Below, in pieces: positions 25,898 through 39,184 of a stretch of 64,000 nt of DNA. This DNA is from Raja brachyura (Eukaryota). The position numbers were made by a program, and so were the translations under genes. Below the pieces are notes generated by a model. The model had not been told where the DNA came from and ran no database searches. It saw only the letters and a program-made list of their open reading frames with translations. The stretch spans positions 24,986,001 to 25,050,000 of the forward strand of contig OY740811.1 in the NCBI GenBank assembly GCA_963514005.1, read 5' to 3'. Position 1 is the first letter of the stretch, and each line of letters begins with the position of its first letter.

Positions 25898-28800
25898 TTT
25901 TGTGACTATGTACATATACTTGGAATTCATCCTGTCTATGGCTCCCATTGCAAACTGGACTGGCGCCATCATTTTTGCTGTATGATCAGTGGAATTCATC
26001 AGCTGGCAATGGGAGTCGTTATATTTTGGTACTGTCCCACCAATTAGGGATTGGAGTTCATTATAGCTTTTGATAATAATTTTGCTGAAGGTCTTTTTGA
26101 AGTGTTTAAAGTGTTCAACAGATCAGAAAATGGCTCTTTTTACACCAGACTTAGAATTATTTCAGTTAGATTAGCTTTTAGGAGACTTTACAATATCGCA
26201 ATATGTTCTCATGTTAAATACAATTGTGTGGGTATTTCTTCCCCCCCCCCCCCCCTCCTCCCGGAAGGAATGTTTGGCTTAGCCACTGGGAATGATTGTT
26301 AGCAATGGCCTCTTTTTAATATAGACTGGATGAGGGGGAGGGATGGGGAGGTGGTGGGAAGGAATTACAAAAAAGGGTTTGTGTTATTTTTGCAATGCAG
26401 CAGGAGTTCTTTCAGGATTAAAAGAACAAAGTTCTTTTCAAGCTCAGTGAGCTGGCAATCTTAGGGCAGTTCCTTTTATATATTGCTAAAAAAAAAAATC
26501 CCAAATCATCTGCTACTGGGCGATGTGCACTATTTGTCTGGCTACACTTTGGCCCAGACCCACTGTTATGTCGGTTGCTATGGTGAGAAACATTTCAAGT
26601 GCCAGATTAAGAAAGAAACTGAACTGAAATGGGCAGAAATATGATCTGTGTTCGAGGGTGTGAATCAGAACACTACTTCAGGATTGGGTTGGCTGTATTA
26701 AACACTTTCTTTTCACCCCCACCACCACAAAAAGAAAGTATTGACTGACACCTTCCTGTTCCTTTCAACCAGAATTCAGGTTTCAGGCCTTTATAGGGTC
26801 TGTTTACAGATCAGTCAAAAAAGTAGCTGTACATTCAAAGCAGGTTTCATATCGGAATGTGTGTTTTCCTGCCTGCCTGCCGGCCTCAGGCATTGCCAAG
26901 TGTTGGCTGTTACAGTGGTTGTGTTTGCTCAACACATCTCAGACAGGCTGGCAATATGATAGTCTGACACCATGAAAGCATTACACTCAGTTTGACCTAA
27001 TAAGGACGTAAAAGTTTAAGAAGGAAAATAAAAGCTGCTTTCAGTTGGATAGTGTTCTTTCATTTTTAAAGATAGGAAAATAGAAAAGCTCAATTCAAAC
27101 TTAATTTTGAATTTAAAACCGGGCGAGAGGCCGATTTAATAAAACGGTGTGTATCCTGTTGAAGTATTGAACAGTTCTTAATGGCATTGCCAATAACATT
27201 GCAGAGTTTTATTTGGTTACAAACATTTGTGCTATTTAAATATTGCAGTCACATTCTAAATAAGATACATGTTGTAAATTAATGTAATAATGAATTGCAT
27301 TGTATGATTCTAACTGATCACCTACCATTTGGTTTGCAATCTTGACATGTTAGGAAAACACTTGTTTTTATTTCAAGAGAAAATGTCTCTTAAAAAAATA
27401 TTTTCTTGCTTATAGAAGAATATAAATTGCATCTTTCGCGAGGCGTTTGAAATGTTCAGTATTGCTGGAGGTCTGTCTATTAAGCCTTGAAAAGTACTAT
27501 CTCACCCCAAAATAGTTCTGACCCTTTAATCTAGTAACCTTAAGGGGCTTGGATATGTTGTTGGTTGGTGCCAATCACTACTTAATTTAATCCTGATGGC
27601 ATTGAATATTAAATGCAATTGATAAATAATTAAAATAAGGCCAAATGCTGTAAATATTGGAAATTTGAAAAATGTCAGGTTTCTTTTTGACCAGATTAGG
27701 CAGCATCTGAGGGCAGTCTCACTCTATCCTGACTTGGAAATGTTGCTCTCTTCCAGTGAAAGGGTTATACTCATGTGCTGTGTTCAATAAGAACTTCAGT
27801 AATTGGCTGTAGATTTTGTGAAAATAATAAAGATACGTGTGTAAAGATCATTTTACATGAAAAACTAATGGGAATAGCACTGCTAAGAAATGGACAAAGC
27901 GCTATGGTTTATTCACACAGGTCTTTTTTTGATTGTACCTTTTGGCCTCATTCAGTAGAATATTACTACTTGGGGAAGCTCAGCACAAAGTCTTTAAACA
28001 ATTTATTTGAACACTGAAGAATTTCTAAGTTTTTATGTCAGTTTGATGAGGAGGTTGGCAGAATTTAATTCTGTTTTTGCAGAAATTGAATATGCTTGCA
28101 TTCATTAATGTGTGTTCTTAGGCATTAATAATAGATTTGAACACTGGATGAAATACCTCCTGTTGATAACTTTCCTGGGAGAGAAGCCAGCAGTACTGCA
28201 GTCCAGTTTGTGTATCATTATACAAGCAAAAGTGTAACTTTCAATCCCTGAGTTGTGGGAAATTTGCAACCTGCAAAATGTAAGATGTATCTGCATATAT
28301 ATATTCGTTTTTTAAATGGGAAATGATAGTATATAGTCCAAAAAGTCAATCTCAGCTTTGTGATGTACAATGCCTCTGATCTTGACTGTGCTCATGTTTA
28401 TAATGGGTATGTCTCTTGACATTTAGCCATTGAGTGCATTTGAAGTACAGTCACTGCTCACAGGACGCTCTGTCCACAGCAGTATACAGATAAGCTATTG
28501 AGTAATCCTCCTCCCACTCTCTCGGCCCTTTGTGTGACATTAACTGCAGAGTACACGCTTCTTAGTGATTGGATTTTGAAACATGAAAGAACGGAGTAAA
28601 TTTCCTGGAAAGTGAATTCCGTGAATACTGTGACGGTGCCATACTCAGAATTGTTGCTTTCTGAGCGACATAGTTCTCTTTCATGCATTAAGGTAAATAT
28701 GCAGTCCACATTTTTTTTTTTCCTTAGCCAGCAGGCTCCTTCTAATTAACACCTATAATGGGCTGTCTGAAGTTTGACAATGGACATACAGTCTGTCACT

Positions 28801-29166
28801 TAAACCCATAGCTAACAAGTGGAACGTTTTTGTTTGGTTCCAGATATACCCATAAAAACATATTACTCCATCATATCAACCTGAAAATCCGGCATTCTTC
28901 TTTTAATGTGAGAGTTTAGATAGGCATCTGTTAGCCTACTTTCACTGTCTGATTCTTTGTAGCATCTCCTAAAGGTCATTGGGGACCAAGATGGAGTAGG
29001 ATGCTTGATTGGTTCTGCTTCTCTGTGGCTATTAAACCTGTCCATGATACTTCCTTATCAATGAGCCCCACATGTACCATTTTCAGGCAGTGGTGTTCTC
29101 CACATGTGCCCTGCCTGGTACTAACTCTCATTAGAATTTCTCCAGATGTTTCTGTTACTGCTGTAT

Positions 29167-29582
29167 TTTAGTTTAGTTTGCAGATACAGCACGGAAACAG
29201 ATGCCTCACCGAGTCCATGCCGACCAGCGATCGCCGTACATTAGCATTATCTTACACACTTGGGACAATTAAACAATTTTACCGAATCCAATTAACCTAC
29301 CAACCTGGAGTACACAAAATGCTGGAGAAACTCAGCGGGTGCAGCAGCATCTATGGAGCGAAGGAGATAGGTGGTACATATATATAGGTAATAGCCCAAA
29401 GATTAACCTACCAAACTGTACGTCTTTGGAGTGTGGGAGGAAACCGGAGCACCCGGAGAAAAATCACACAGTCACAGGGAGACGATACAAACTCTGTACA
29501 GATAGCACCTATAGTCAGGGTTGAACCTGAGCCCTTGGCACTGTAAGGCAGCAACTTTACCGCTGCGTCACTATGTCGCCCC
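29167..29582 (-). mobile_element. HE1-like tRNA-derived V-SINE interrupted by a Penelope pLTR piece (about 29310-29373)
   Basis: Minus-strand tRNA head, V-domain (ctccgggtgctccggttttcctcccaca) and (CTAAA)n tail; attaacctaccaa duplicated at 29291-29303 and 29402-29414. Confidence 0.85.
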
Positions 29583-32500
29583 TCCAATTTTTTTCCTCCA
29601 ACTCTATCTCGTGTTTGACAGTTCATCCCCAAGAGACAGCATATCAATCTTTGGAGGGGCATTTGCTTCCTGGTTCACCCAATGTTCCCTAAACACAGTA
29701 CACCCAAGCAACTGGTTATGAGACTTATTTCCTTATAATTGACCCAGTCACGTGCAACCCAAAGATCACTATCTTTACTTTCCCATTGCTAATATGCACT
29801 TCTCTCTTAGTTCATCCTTCACTGTATTCTTTGGTTCAGTATTCTAGTGTGTCCTGCGTGCACACTTCCAGGACCACTTCAACTATGCCATTACGACCCA
29901 GCAATTTCCCACAATCACATGCACAGTCCTTGTCACATCAGATGCACAAAGGTGAATTGCATCTAATGTGTCCAATTGAATTTCTGGAGCAGCCTAATCT
30001 TTCTATCTAGAAATGGCGGGAATTCATTCTTCCTCCAGATTTTTAAAAATATGCATAGTGTGGAAGGTAACAATGCTACTCATCCAAATGTTTATGCCAT
30101 GTTGTTTTCTTTTTACCACTTTAGTTGTTCTGTGGTTCTGAACAGTTTCCACAGCCGTGGCAATTTACACTCTATGTTGAACAATTTTCATAGATTTTTA
30201 TTGTTATTTTGGAAGCATTTTAAATTGGAGATGTGTCTTTCGTGGGTTTGAATATTATAATATAGATTTTTTTTTTTTAAAGGCAATGTCACTGTTGAAC
30301 AATTCTGGTGACAAGCAGAGATGGAGCTGTCTAGACTTGTACATTGGCCAAGTTTTGCAAGAGAATGTCTCCCCACATTAGCAGTAGTAACCAGATAGGC
30401 CGAACAATTTAAGTTTTATAGTCGAGTATTGTAAATAGCATGGAAATATTAGTGGGAATTTGGATACATGTGAATCCAATATTCACAGTATTCTCGGTGT
30501 TCGGTTACTAGGAATAAACAAGCCCAGACAACCTCATCTTCAATCTTTGTCATATTAGCTAATCAATTATTACATTGTTGGAGAACATCAATGGGTGCTT
30601 CTAGATTAGAATCAGAACCACTGAACAAATAAATGCACAGTAGTTTTCCTGTATGTGTTAACTGTAGGCCATTTTGCCATTTTTAAATTGCTTCTGATCA
30701 CCGTTTATTGGGTGGGAAGGAAAGTAACACACAATGAGCACAAATGAAACACCTACAAGGCAGAAACTTTCATTACACCATCGAGTGTTGCCAATTCCTA
30801 GCCCCTTCCAATGTAATGGCCAATTTTGCGCCCAATGATTTCAATAATTGCCTTTTAAATGAAACATCTGTGGCATTGAAATTTTAGGAAATGATAAAGT
30901 TCAGTCAGAAATTGGCTGAAGATTTAAGAGCAAAACATGCTAATAACAAAAAATGTCTGCACGTTATCAAATTGATAGGGTAATTTTCTTCTCCATTCTC
31001 TCCCCTCCCCATGGACGGAATCTCATTAGGGTTTGTTTTGTTGATGCTGATTGTGCTTCACCAGCTGGCTTCATTCAACGGTGAACCTTGTCAGTGAGTG
31101 TTGGCAGGCTGTCAGATGTAGGGACATTACAGATGCGTCCAGTTCTGTTAGTTGGTACTGCCTCAATAACAATCAGGAGCCCTGGTCAGCTTTTCTTTTT
31201 CCCTAACCCAAAGCTGTTAATGCAGCAGCTCTGACTAAAATCAGTGAATCAGTACCGACCAACGCTCAGTTCCTGATCTTCAAAGATTTGAGCTGGGAGT
31301 GGGCATAATTTCCTTAAATTAAAAACCAATATTAAGAGCAAAAGCATTTTGTGTAGCGTATTGCTTGCCCCTGTGGAATTTAGTGAAGGTAAGAAAGGAC
31401 AGGCATTTTGTTGCACATTTTAAAGATTTGTAGGTGGGAGGTAAAAGTCTTTAATTTGGCCTGGGAGGACGATGAGTTTGAGCATGAAAACTCCAGTACT
31501 TATCTCTGGGAGAAAGCTATTCCTGCTGAATGTTTATGGGAATTATTTGAGAGCACATGCTGGGAATAACTTAATTCCTATAACCGCTTTTAATAAGGCT
31601 GCATTAAATGGTCAAACTCACTGTTAAACACTGTGCCGGTGTAACACAGGTGGAGTTTGGCTTCTCTACCAAGCTAGAAATATTGCACATTTTCAGAACG
31701 ATTTCCTCTCTGCCTCCATGATACCAAGATCTTTACAATGATTTTAAAATAATTCTTTGTGCAATGTAGATAGAGAAAACTTTCCCAGCTTAGGGTACGT
31801 CTCAAATGAGTGTCTTTAAATTGTCCCTGAAGATTGTATGGGAGGATATGATTTAGCCAGAGGAGTTTCAGTATATGCAGAATAAAATACCAAGAGTTTA
31901 TTATCTAAACAATGTCAGCGACAAAGCTGCAATCCTAGCGCCAGAGTGATGAGTTAGGGGATGAGCCATAAGCAGATGAATATAAGAGATCACATATTTA
32001 TCTAGGATACTACACTGTGCGTTGCATAATTCTGCTCAATGCTTTGCTTATTACAGAGTGCATAACCATTTAATCTAAAGTACTATTGTGGATCCTGCTT
32101 TTGAGAGGAATCATTCTCTGTAACTGGGTGTTAAGGTTGGTTCTGGGTTCAAGCTATTCTTCGGAGTCTGAACCAATGTTGTAGTCTGGCGTTGAATGTG
32201 CATTGCACTCTTGGGTGCAATCTAGAACCTGATCAGAATCTGGAAAAGCACTTTAAACTCATGGTCTCTGACGGGCTTGCTCTTGCAGAATTTTAAAGCT
32301 TGCTAGGTCCAACGGATTCTCAGAACTTTGGTCCACAGAATTGCTGGAGAATATCAAGGACCCAGATTATGGCAGAATGGTAGAGAAGAGGTGCAAGTTT
32401 GGAGGGCTGAGAGCAGGTTGGAATCTTGAGTTGGGTTGGGAAAGAGTGGGGAAGAGAAAAACAGATCATGTCTGCATTCAGTTGCTGGAAGCAGGATGGG

Positions 32501-32870
32501 ATTTGGTTCATCTGCTAACGGTGCATCCCAAACTTTCTGAGGTTGAGGATTTTGGAATTATAATTGAATGGATGGTTGGGGAGGAGTGTAGGTGACATCT
32601 GGGAAAGGGACTATCAAGGCATAAGATTGGTACAAGAGGAATAATGCCCTTAGTGCTGGAAACCAGGGGGAAGCAGCTCTGGCATGTGCTGTGGAGAATT
32701 ACATCTGCAAAAACGGTTTACGCCATACCTGGAAGTGCCGTCCAGGGGTTGAGTGCCATGAGGTGTTACTGTTTGTGCCTGGGAACCTCCATGTTTCAGC
32801 CTGTGAAGAAGGGAAACGGAGAGCTTTGTGATGTAGAAATGTTGTGGTTAGCAATGTCATTTCCAGGCCA

Positions 32871-33090
32871 AAGATAGACACAGAGTGCTGGAGCAACTCA
32901 GTGGGTCAGACAGCATATCTAGTGAAAAGGAACAGGTGACGTTTCAGGTCAGAACTCTTCGTAATCTGAACAAGAGTTCTGACCCTAAATAGCACCTGTT
33001 TCTTTTCTCCAGAGATGCTGCCTGACCCACTGTGTTGCTCCAGCACTTTGTGTCTATCTTCGGCATAAACCCGCATCTGCAGTTCATTTC
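32871..33090 (+). mobile_element. Head-to-head Penelope pLTR pair (older)
   Basis: 32871-32958 is an imperfect reverse complement of 32968-33060. Confidence 0.8.
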
Positions 33091-34004
33091 TATGCATTTG
33101 TGGGAAATGTGTAGGCCACTGTCTTTCAGGTGAAATGTTGAACATGGCCCCTTTTTCTCATTGAATAAAACATTGCTGTTCTATGTCCTGCCCATCATTT
33201 GTGCCCAAGTCTGCATTACTGAAACCATCCCCCCATTTCTCCTGGTGCAATTTAGATTAAATGGCTCTACATAAATTGGAAGCAATGTTTCACCACCTCT
33301 GCAGTTAGCAAATCTCAGCCTGTGAAACAATTTGTGATATTCCGCGGTTGTAAAAGGCACTGAATAAAATTGATACATTTATTTTCTCATTTATTGAGAG
33401 ATGTGTACCAGAATATGGTGCCACTTGAAACATCACAGCTAACTCACATTGTGTTGAAGAGTTCTCTTAAAGTTTTTAACTGTTTTCACAGAGGTTTTCC
33501 AGAGGGAGTATACCAAAGGCATTACAGTATTCAGGCAACTATGACCTATGACCAGTGTAGCTAAAAGAAAATTCAATATTGCTTTATTCAATCTGTTTTA
33601 AATATTCATGATTTTTCTGTCGGAAGGAGAAGTGCCGAGAAATGCAGTTGCTAAACGGTGATCTTTCCTCAACTGTATAGAAAATAGATATTCAACCCCC
33701 TCCCCCCTTCCCCCCCCCCCCAACACCATAACAGTTCCTCAAAAGTGACACGCGATGATAATTACTTCCAGGTGGTGTCACTTCACTTGGTAATTTGTTA
33801 TGGTCCACTATAGGGGAATGCAGACCAAATTGCTCCAGAGTCCGGAGGTGGGTTTGCTTCTTTGGACACAGGTAGGACAGTCTGGTTTCAATTGCAAAGC
33901 ACCAACTTTCATCCTTGGGCACGCAAACCCCAACAATTACTGTCCACTCTTCACTCCTTTACTTTCCTGCCACCATTTGTCTCCTTTTCACCTATAGTTT
34001 TTGT

Positions 34005-34330
34005 CATCCACCCGTTCACACCAGGGAGCAATTTACCGAGGCCAGTAACCTGCATACCTGCAAGTCTTTGGCATGTGGGGAGAAACTTGAGCACCCATAG
34101 GAAACCCATGTGGTCTTGGAGAGAACATGCAAACTCCCCACAGACAGCAACCGAGGCCAGGTTCGAACTCACACCTCTGATGCCGTGAGGAATCTGCTCT
34201 CTAATCTGTCTGAAGAAAGGTCTCATAATCTGTTCATACCCTCTCCAGGTGCTGCCTGACCCGCTGAGTACCTCCAGCACTTAGTATTTTGTTCAAGATT
34301 CCAGTGCCTGAAGTTCCTTGTGTCTCCACA
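34005..34330. mobile_element. Degenerate V-SINE (minus, about 34005-34190) next to a Penelope pLTR (plus, about 34205-34330)
   Basis: gagaacatgcaaactcc V-domain complement; ctgaagaaaggtctc...gctgcctgacccgctgag. Confidence 0.7.
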
Positions 34331-34369
34331 ACTCTCGTTCATCTACTTTGCCTCTATTCCTTATACGGT

Positions 34370-34700
34370 CATGTGTTAGCAGAATGAGGCCATTCGGTCC
34401 AACAAGTTTACTTCGTCATTCAATCGTGGCTGATCTATATCTCATTCCAACCCCATTCTCCTGTCATCTCCCCATAAACACTGACATCTGTTCTAATCAA
34501 GAATCTATCCATCTTTGCCTTAAAATTATCCATTTACAGCCTCCGCAGCCTTCTATGGCAAATAATTCCACAGATTCACCACCCTCTGACAAGTAATTAC
34601 TCATCATCCCCTTCCTAAAGAACTTCTGAGTATGACCTCTAGTCCTAGACTCTCTTACTAGTGGAAATGTCCTCTACCACATCTACTCTATCAATGCCTA
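34370..34700 (-). mobile_element. CR1-like LINE 3' fragment
   Basis: Same subfamily as 43597-43832 (ggccattcggtcc...attccacagattcaccaccctctgac). Confidence 0.75.
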
Positions 34701-35026
34701 TCCACTCTATCCAACTGATTTTCTTACGAAACCCAAAATCTACCTCCCATCCCCATCCTCTGCCCACTTTAAAATTCCAAATGCCGATTCCTTCCAACCA
34801 GACAGGCCTCATGCAAGTCCCATTCTCTTCCCAGTCCCAACTCATCACAAACGCTCCATTGTTTTATTGTGCATTGCCCCCAGGCACCGGCTCGCTCCAG
34901 TGGGCACCAACGGATGGTGTATTTTCTGTGCCAAACATTTGTAACTTAAATTTTGGATGATGGCCAATGACCAACACTTGTCATTGGATGTCCCTCTGCG
35001 CACAAGAATTTCTTGTTAAATGTCTG

Positions 35027-35222
35027 ATAAGTGGTGGATACATGAATCGAGCTGCCAGAGGCATGTGCAATAACAGCATTTAAAAGACATTTGGACAGGT
35101 ACAGGGATAGGAAAGGTTTAAAGGGATACAGGCCAAACACAAATAGGTAGGACTAGTGTGGATAGGGCACCTTGGTTGGCATGAGCAAGTTGGACTGTAG
35201 GGCCTGTTTCTTTGCTCTATGC
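35027..35222 (+). mobile_element. CR1-like LINE 3' end
   Basis: Encodes AFKRHLDRY, then a gggcctgtttc tail. Confidence 0.78.
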
Positions 35223-36348
35223 CTCTTAAGTGATTGGCGTCAGGTAGATTTAGCTTTTCTTCAAGTTTAACAGGCAGATTTAGTTATGAGCCAGTGTTAT
35301 ACTCATTGAAAAGAAGAAGAAAAAACAATCCTTGCAAGTAGATGGAGCTTATTTTCATGCACAATTTTTTTTTAATGTTTAACTTGGCTCTTCCATTCAA
35401 AGCTGTGAATTGTGCACATTTCTATTTTTTTTTCATCTGTCCCAAACAAAGTGTTATTTTCCTTGTTCTTTGAGTACACTCTGACTTGTACAGATTACGG
35501 TACTCGTATTGCAGGTCCCAGGCACTGCCTCACAATAGCAGTGGACGATAATACATAATTCATGGCATTTTGCTGCACCATAAGGCTTTTGTATTGGCGA
35601 CCATAACGAATGAAAGGGTCTGGCTCCAGATGGAAACTTGGCATGATCTTCAATCGCAACCCTTCCCTCCCAATCTGTGCTGTATAGCTATGGAGTACTT
35701 TTTTTTGGAAGCAGGAGAGGAAAGCTGAAGAAACAGAATACTACATTAAAGAACTGGCATTCCTTTTGTAGGCATTCATTGGCTGTACTTAAGGGATCAC
35801 ACAGCAGTTAGTCTATTCTCCCTTTAAGCAAATTGAAATGCTCAGAGGGTGGACATGTTAGACTGCAAATAATAGCAGTATTGATTTTGTCTGAGTGTCC
35901 TCAATTTCAGTTTAAAACAAATGACTCATTAAATAGTTTGTGACAAAAGGATCATCGTCATCTTTTGGTTACTCCCTGACCCCGGCCCCCTGCTCCTTCC
36001 TCCCCACTGTCTTTTATCTATCTCTCTCACTGACTCTTTCTCATTCAAACAATCATCCAGTGTAACCGTACAACTATAATTTTACACCATGATGTCAAAG
36101 CCAGCTACTTTGGCTGGCTGAATGTACTCCCTGATACCTCCTCTGTGCTCATGGGTTGCAGATTGGGTTATCCAGTGTTCTGTGGTATCTTTCTGATGGC
36201 TGCAAAACCATATTGGACGAGTTCATAATTTCCCTTGGGTTCTATTTGTGACCTCTTGTGACTTCTGCTCGGTTTTGCAAATAAGTGCAGGATCCAAAAA
36301 AGCAAGGGGAACAGAGAATGCTGGGGTCACTAAGTTCTAGAATATTAA

Positions 36349-37671
36349 CAAGACTAAGTGGGACCCGTTGGGTTCTTGTCACACAGGAAGCTTGGTCCTC
36401 CAACGCAATATTCCACCACTCACCCATAGCCTCCAACTGCACAGGCTCAACTAATTTCCCCTCATACCTAGCACTCTCTCCCACTCCTCTTCACCCTCTC
36501 TCTTCTTTCCCCTATCCTCCTCTTCTCCCCAATCCTTCACTCACCTCTCCCTCCCTCTCCTTTCCCCTACCCTCAGTCACTCCCTCCCTCCATGTCCTCT
36601 CCCCTCCATACCCCCTCCTATCTCTCTATCCCCCACTCCTCACCTCCCCCTATTCCCCCCCCCCACTATCCATCCTCACCTCCACCACTGCCACCTATTC
36701 CCCACTCTTTACCTCCCCCACTCCCCCCTCCTCTACTTCCCCTCTCCTCTCCCTCTATTCCCCCTCCTCCCCATTCTCCCTCCTCACCTTCTCCCTCTTC
36801 TTTTCCCTCTCCAACCCTCCCTCAATCCCTCGTTCACCTCTCCTTTTCCTTGCCCTCAGTCACTCCCTCCGTCCTTCCATAACTCCTCTCCCCTACTCCC
36901 CTCCTCTTCCTATATCCCCTCTCCTCCCCCACACTCCCTCTTCACCTCCCCAGGATCTCGATGTTGTCCCTCCTCGCCCTCCTTACATTCCCCGGAGGAG
37001 CATCAGCCGTTGGCGCCCTTAGAGCCAGGACTCGGATCTGCTGCTCGGCCAGGAAGCACCAGCAGCTACGGCCACGTCGGCGTGTGGAGGCATGTGTGGG
37101 GGTGGGTGGAGAGCTCGGAGAAAAGACGGGGGGTAGAGCCATGGGGGAGAGGGGGGTATCACGTGCGGAGGGGGGCAGGAGCCAGTGAGGGGGACCAGAG
37201 GAGAAGGGGCTGGAGATGCGGGGCGTGGCGATGGGGGAGCGTTTTGGGACTCACAGTGGGCACTGAATGCTCTCCTCCGGGCTGGGCCGCTTCCAGTCCC
37301 TCCGAACATTGTGTCCAGTTGGAGACCCCTGCCGGCTGCCCGCAGCGTCCCTCAGCTCCAGTAAAGATGCGATGGCGCAGGAAGGGGCGGACCGTCTCGG
37401 TTAGTGACAGGAGAAGAGACCAATCTGCACGGCGTTGACTGGCAGGAGAGGAGATTAATCTGTGCACTTGCGTTTTTTAAGATTTTTAAACCTCGCTGAC
37501 TTTTACAATATACTACCGATCAGAATTAAACTTGTTGCACTCGCAGGACAGGAGAACAGTGAGTGAGCTGACAAAAAATAGTAGCACTATCGCACACCGT
37601 TTATGCACAAATAGAAAAAACGCGCAAACCAGAAGAGCAGAAGATCAGAGTTTTAGTTATGTATAGGTAGA
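36349..37671 (-). mobile_element. Probable non-autonomous Helitron with an internal polypurine/polypyrimidine tract
   Basis: Minus strand begins TCTA..TATACATAACTAAAA and ends with a GC hairpin (plus strand gggaccc-gtt-gggttct, 36360-36376) followed by CTTG (a CTAG variant). It sits between A and T, with no TIR or TSD. Confidence 0.6.
36470..36950 (+). repeat. C/T-rich low-complexity tract
   Basis: About 480 bp almost devoid of G; source of the spurious Pro/Ser/Leu ORFs. Confidence 0.95.
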
Positions 37672-38129
37672 TAGATAGATAATGTTCCTTCTTCTCAGAG
37701 GCTGCCTGACTGGAAAGCCAATCTTCTGTTTATGTTTCAGATTTTCAGCATTTGTGGGTGTTTTCATTTCAATTCCGAAAGTAACTGAGATGCAAGTGAG
37801 CAGAGCGTTCCCTGCTCAAGCTCGAGCAAGTTATGGTTATTCTTGGAATTGGGACCACTTTACCCTGATCCAAGCAGTTTGGTTCGGAAAAACGTAAGGC
37901 CTTAAAATATTTCCAGCCTGCTGGGATTTCCAAAGCCCATTGACTGGCTGCAGGTCAAAGCCCCTTCACACTGCTGGTGCTTCCTGGCCGAGCATGGGTG
38001 GGGTCAGCTACTCATTTTGCACCCCACGTTTGAGTTGGACCAGCATGCAGAAGCTGCCAGACTGGCGCTTTGGCGAAAGGTAGAAACAACCTGACCCAAG
38101 CCCGCCCTGACCCGAATCATCACCTGTGA

Positions 38130-38220
38130 GTTCAAAGAAGGGTCCTGACTCGAAACGTCACCTATCCTTTATCTCCAGAGTTACTGCCTAATCTGCTGAG
38201 TTGCTGCAGCATTTTATGCT
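38130..38220 (+). mobile_element. Short Penelope pLTR copy
   Basis: aagaagggtcctgactcgaaacgtcacc...ctccagag; the CUGA box is lost. Confidence 0.75.
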
Positions 38221-38840
38221 GACTTTGTCTGTTTTGCAAGTGGCTTCTAGTCAGTTTAGAAAAACAAAATTGCACATTGCTATGGAGTATTTGGAGAAAC
38301 AATCCTTTTGAAAGACCTAATGTGCACTGACCTATGGGAAATCCAGATGTTACGCTTGTACCCTTTTCATGGTTTCACTGCGACCCTTCTGTCTGCTGAA
38401 TGTCTGGAAGAGTTTCCCCAGTAGAGATGATCCCAGCAGTGTGGTCTGTTGAAACCACTGCAATAACATCACATGGAATTCAAATTTCCATTGATTGTGG
38501 AGCTTTGAATGGAACTATGAATGGCATTCCTTCATGTTGTGTTCTAGTGCATATGAATCCATTTGTATTAAACTGGATATTAACTGTTTTAAGATGTTAT
38601 GTAGAAAAATATCACAGAGCAAGCGTGCTCAGTATTTGTAAGTGAAGTCTGCTGATCAATATTTCTTCCCTGTCATGCTAAATACTCCAGATAATGCATC
38701 CCTCTGGGGCTAATGCTGACTGGGAAATCTGTTATTGATCATGCTGATCAACCTTGGTAGAAATGTCAATGATAAAATGCAGTGTTACAGAGTGAGTTTC
38801 ATAAAGGCCGAGTTGTATGTCTTGATGGCTACCTGTTGAA

Positions 38841-38912
38841 TTATATATATATATGTGTATAATATATATGTGTAATGTGTGCAATATATATATATTACAC
38901 ACATGCACACAC
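38841..38912. repeat. (TA)/(TG)/(CA) microsatellite mosaic
   Basis: Direct inspection. Confidence 0.85.
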
Positions 38913-39095
38913 TGATTTTATCTCCTTTTATCTAATTTGTGCCATTAATTGATTTCCATTTTATCAATTTAGTTCCAACATTAAAAGTCAGCGAGAGAAA
39001 ATTTGCCCATTCAAATTATTTATAAAACAAACTGTGGATAGTCTCTGTTTTATTTAGGTAGTGTTGTGTTTAAAATGTATTGTAAAACAGGAAAG

Positions 39096-39184
39096 ATACA
39101 ATAATATTGTTCTGATAATATTTTTATCTGCTTCTCTTTCATGTCTCATCACATTTATCTACATTGAACATTTTGCAGGTAAGT
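39096..39184 (+). other. Candidate recursive splice site (3' splice site immediately followed by a consensus 5' splice site)
   Basis: About 80 nt with no AG, pyrimidine-rich, ending ttttgcAG|GTAAGT (AG at 39177-39178). Confidence 0.5.

Noticed and set aside
36285-37022. 245-aa Pro/Ser/Leu-rich ORF and overlapping ORFs to 37467
   Set aside because: By-product of a C/T low-complexity tract and a GC-rich repeat interior; no domain or splice structure.
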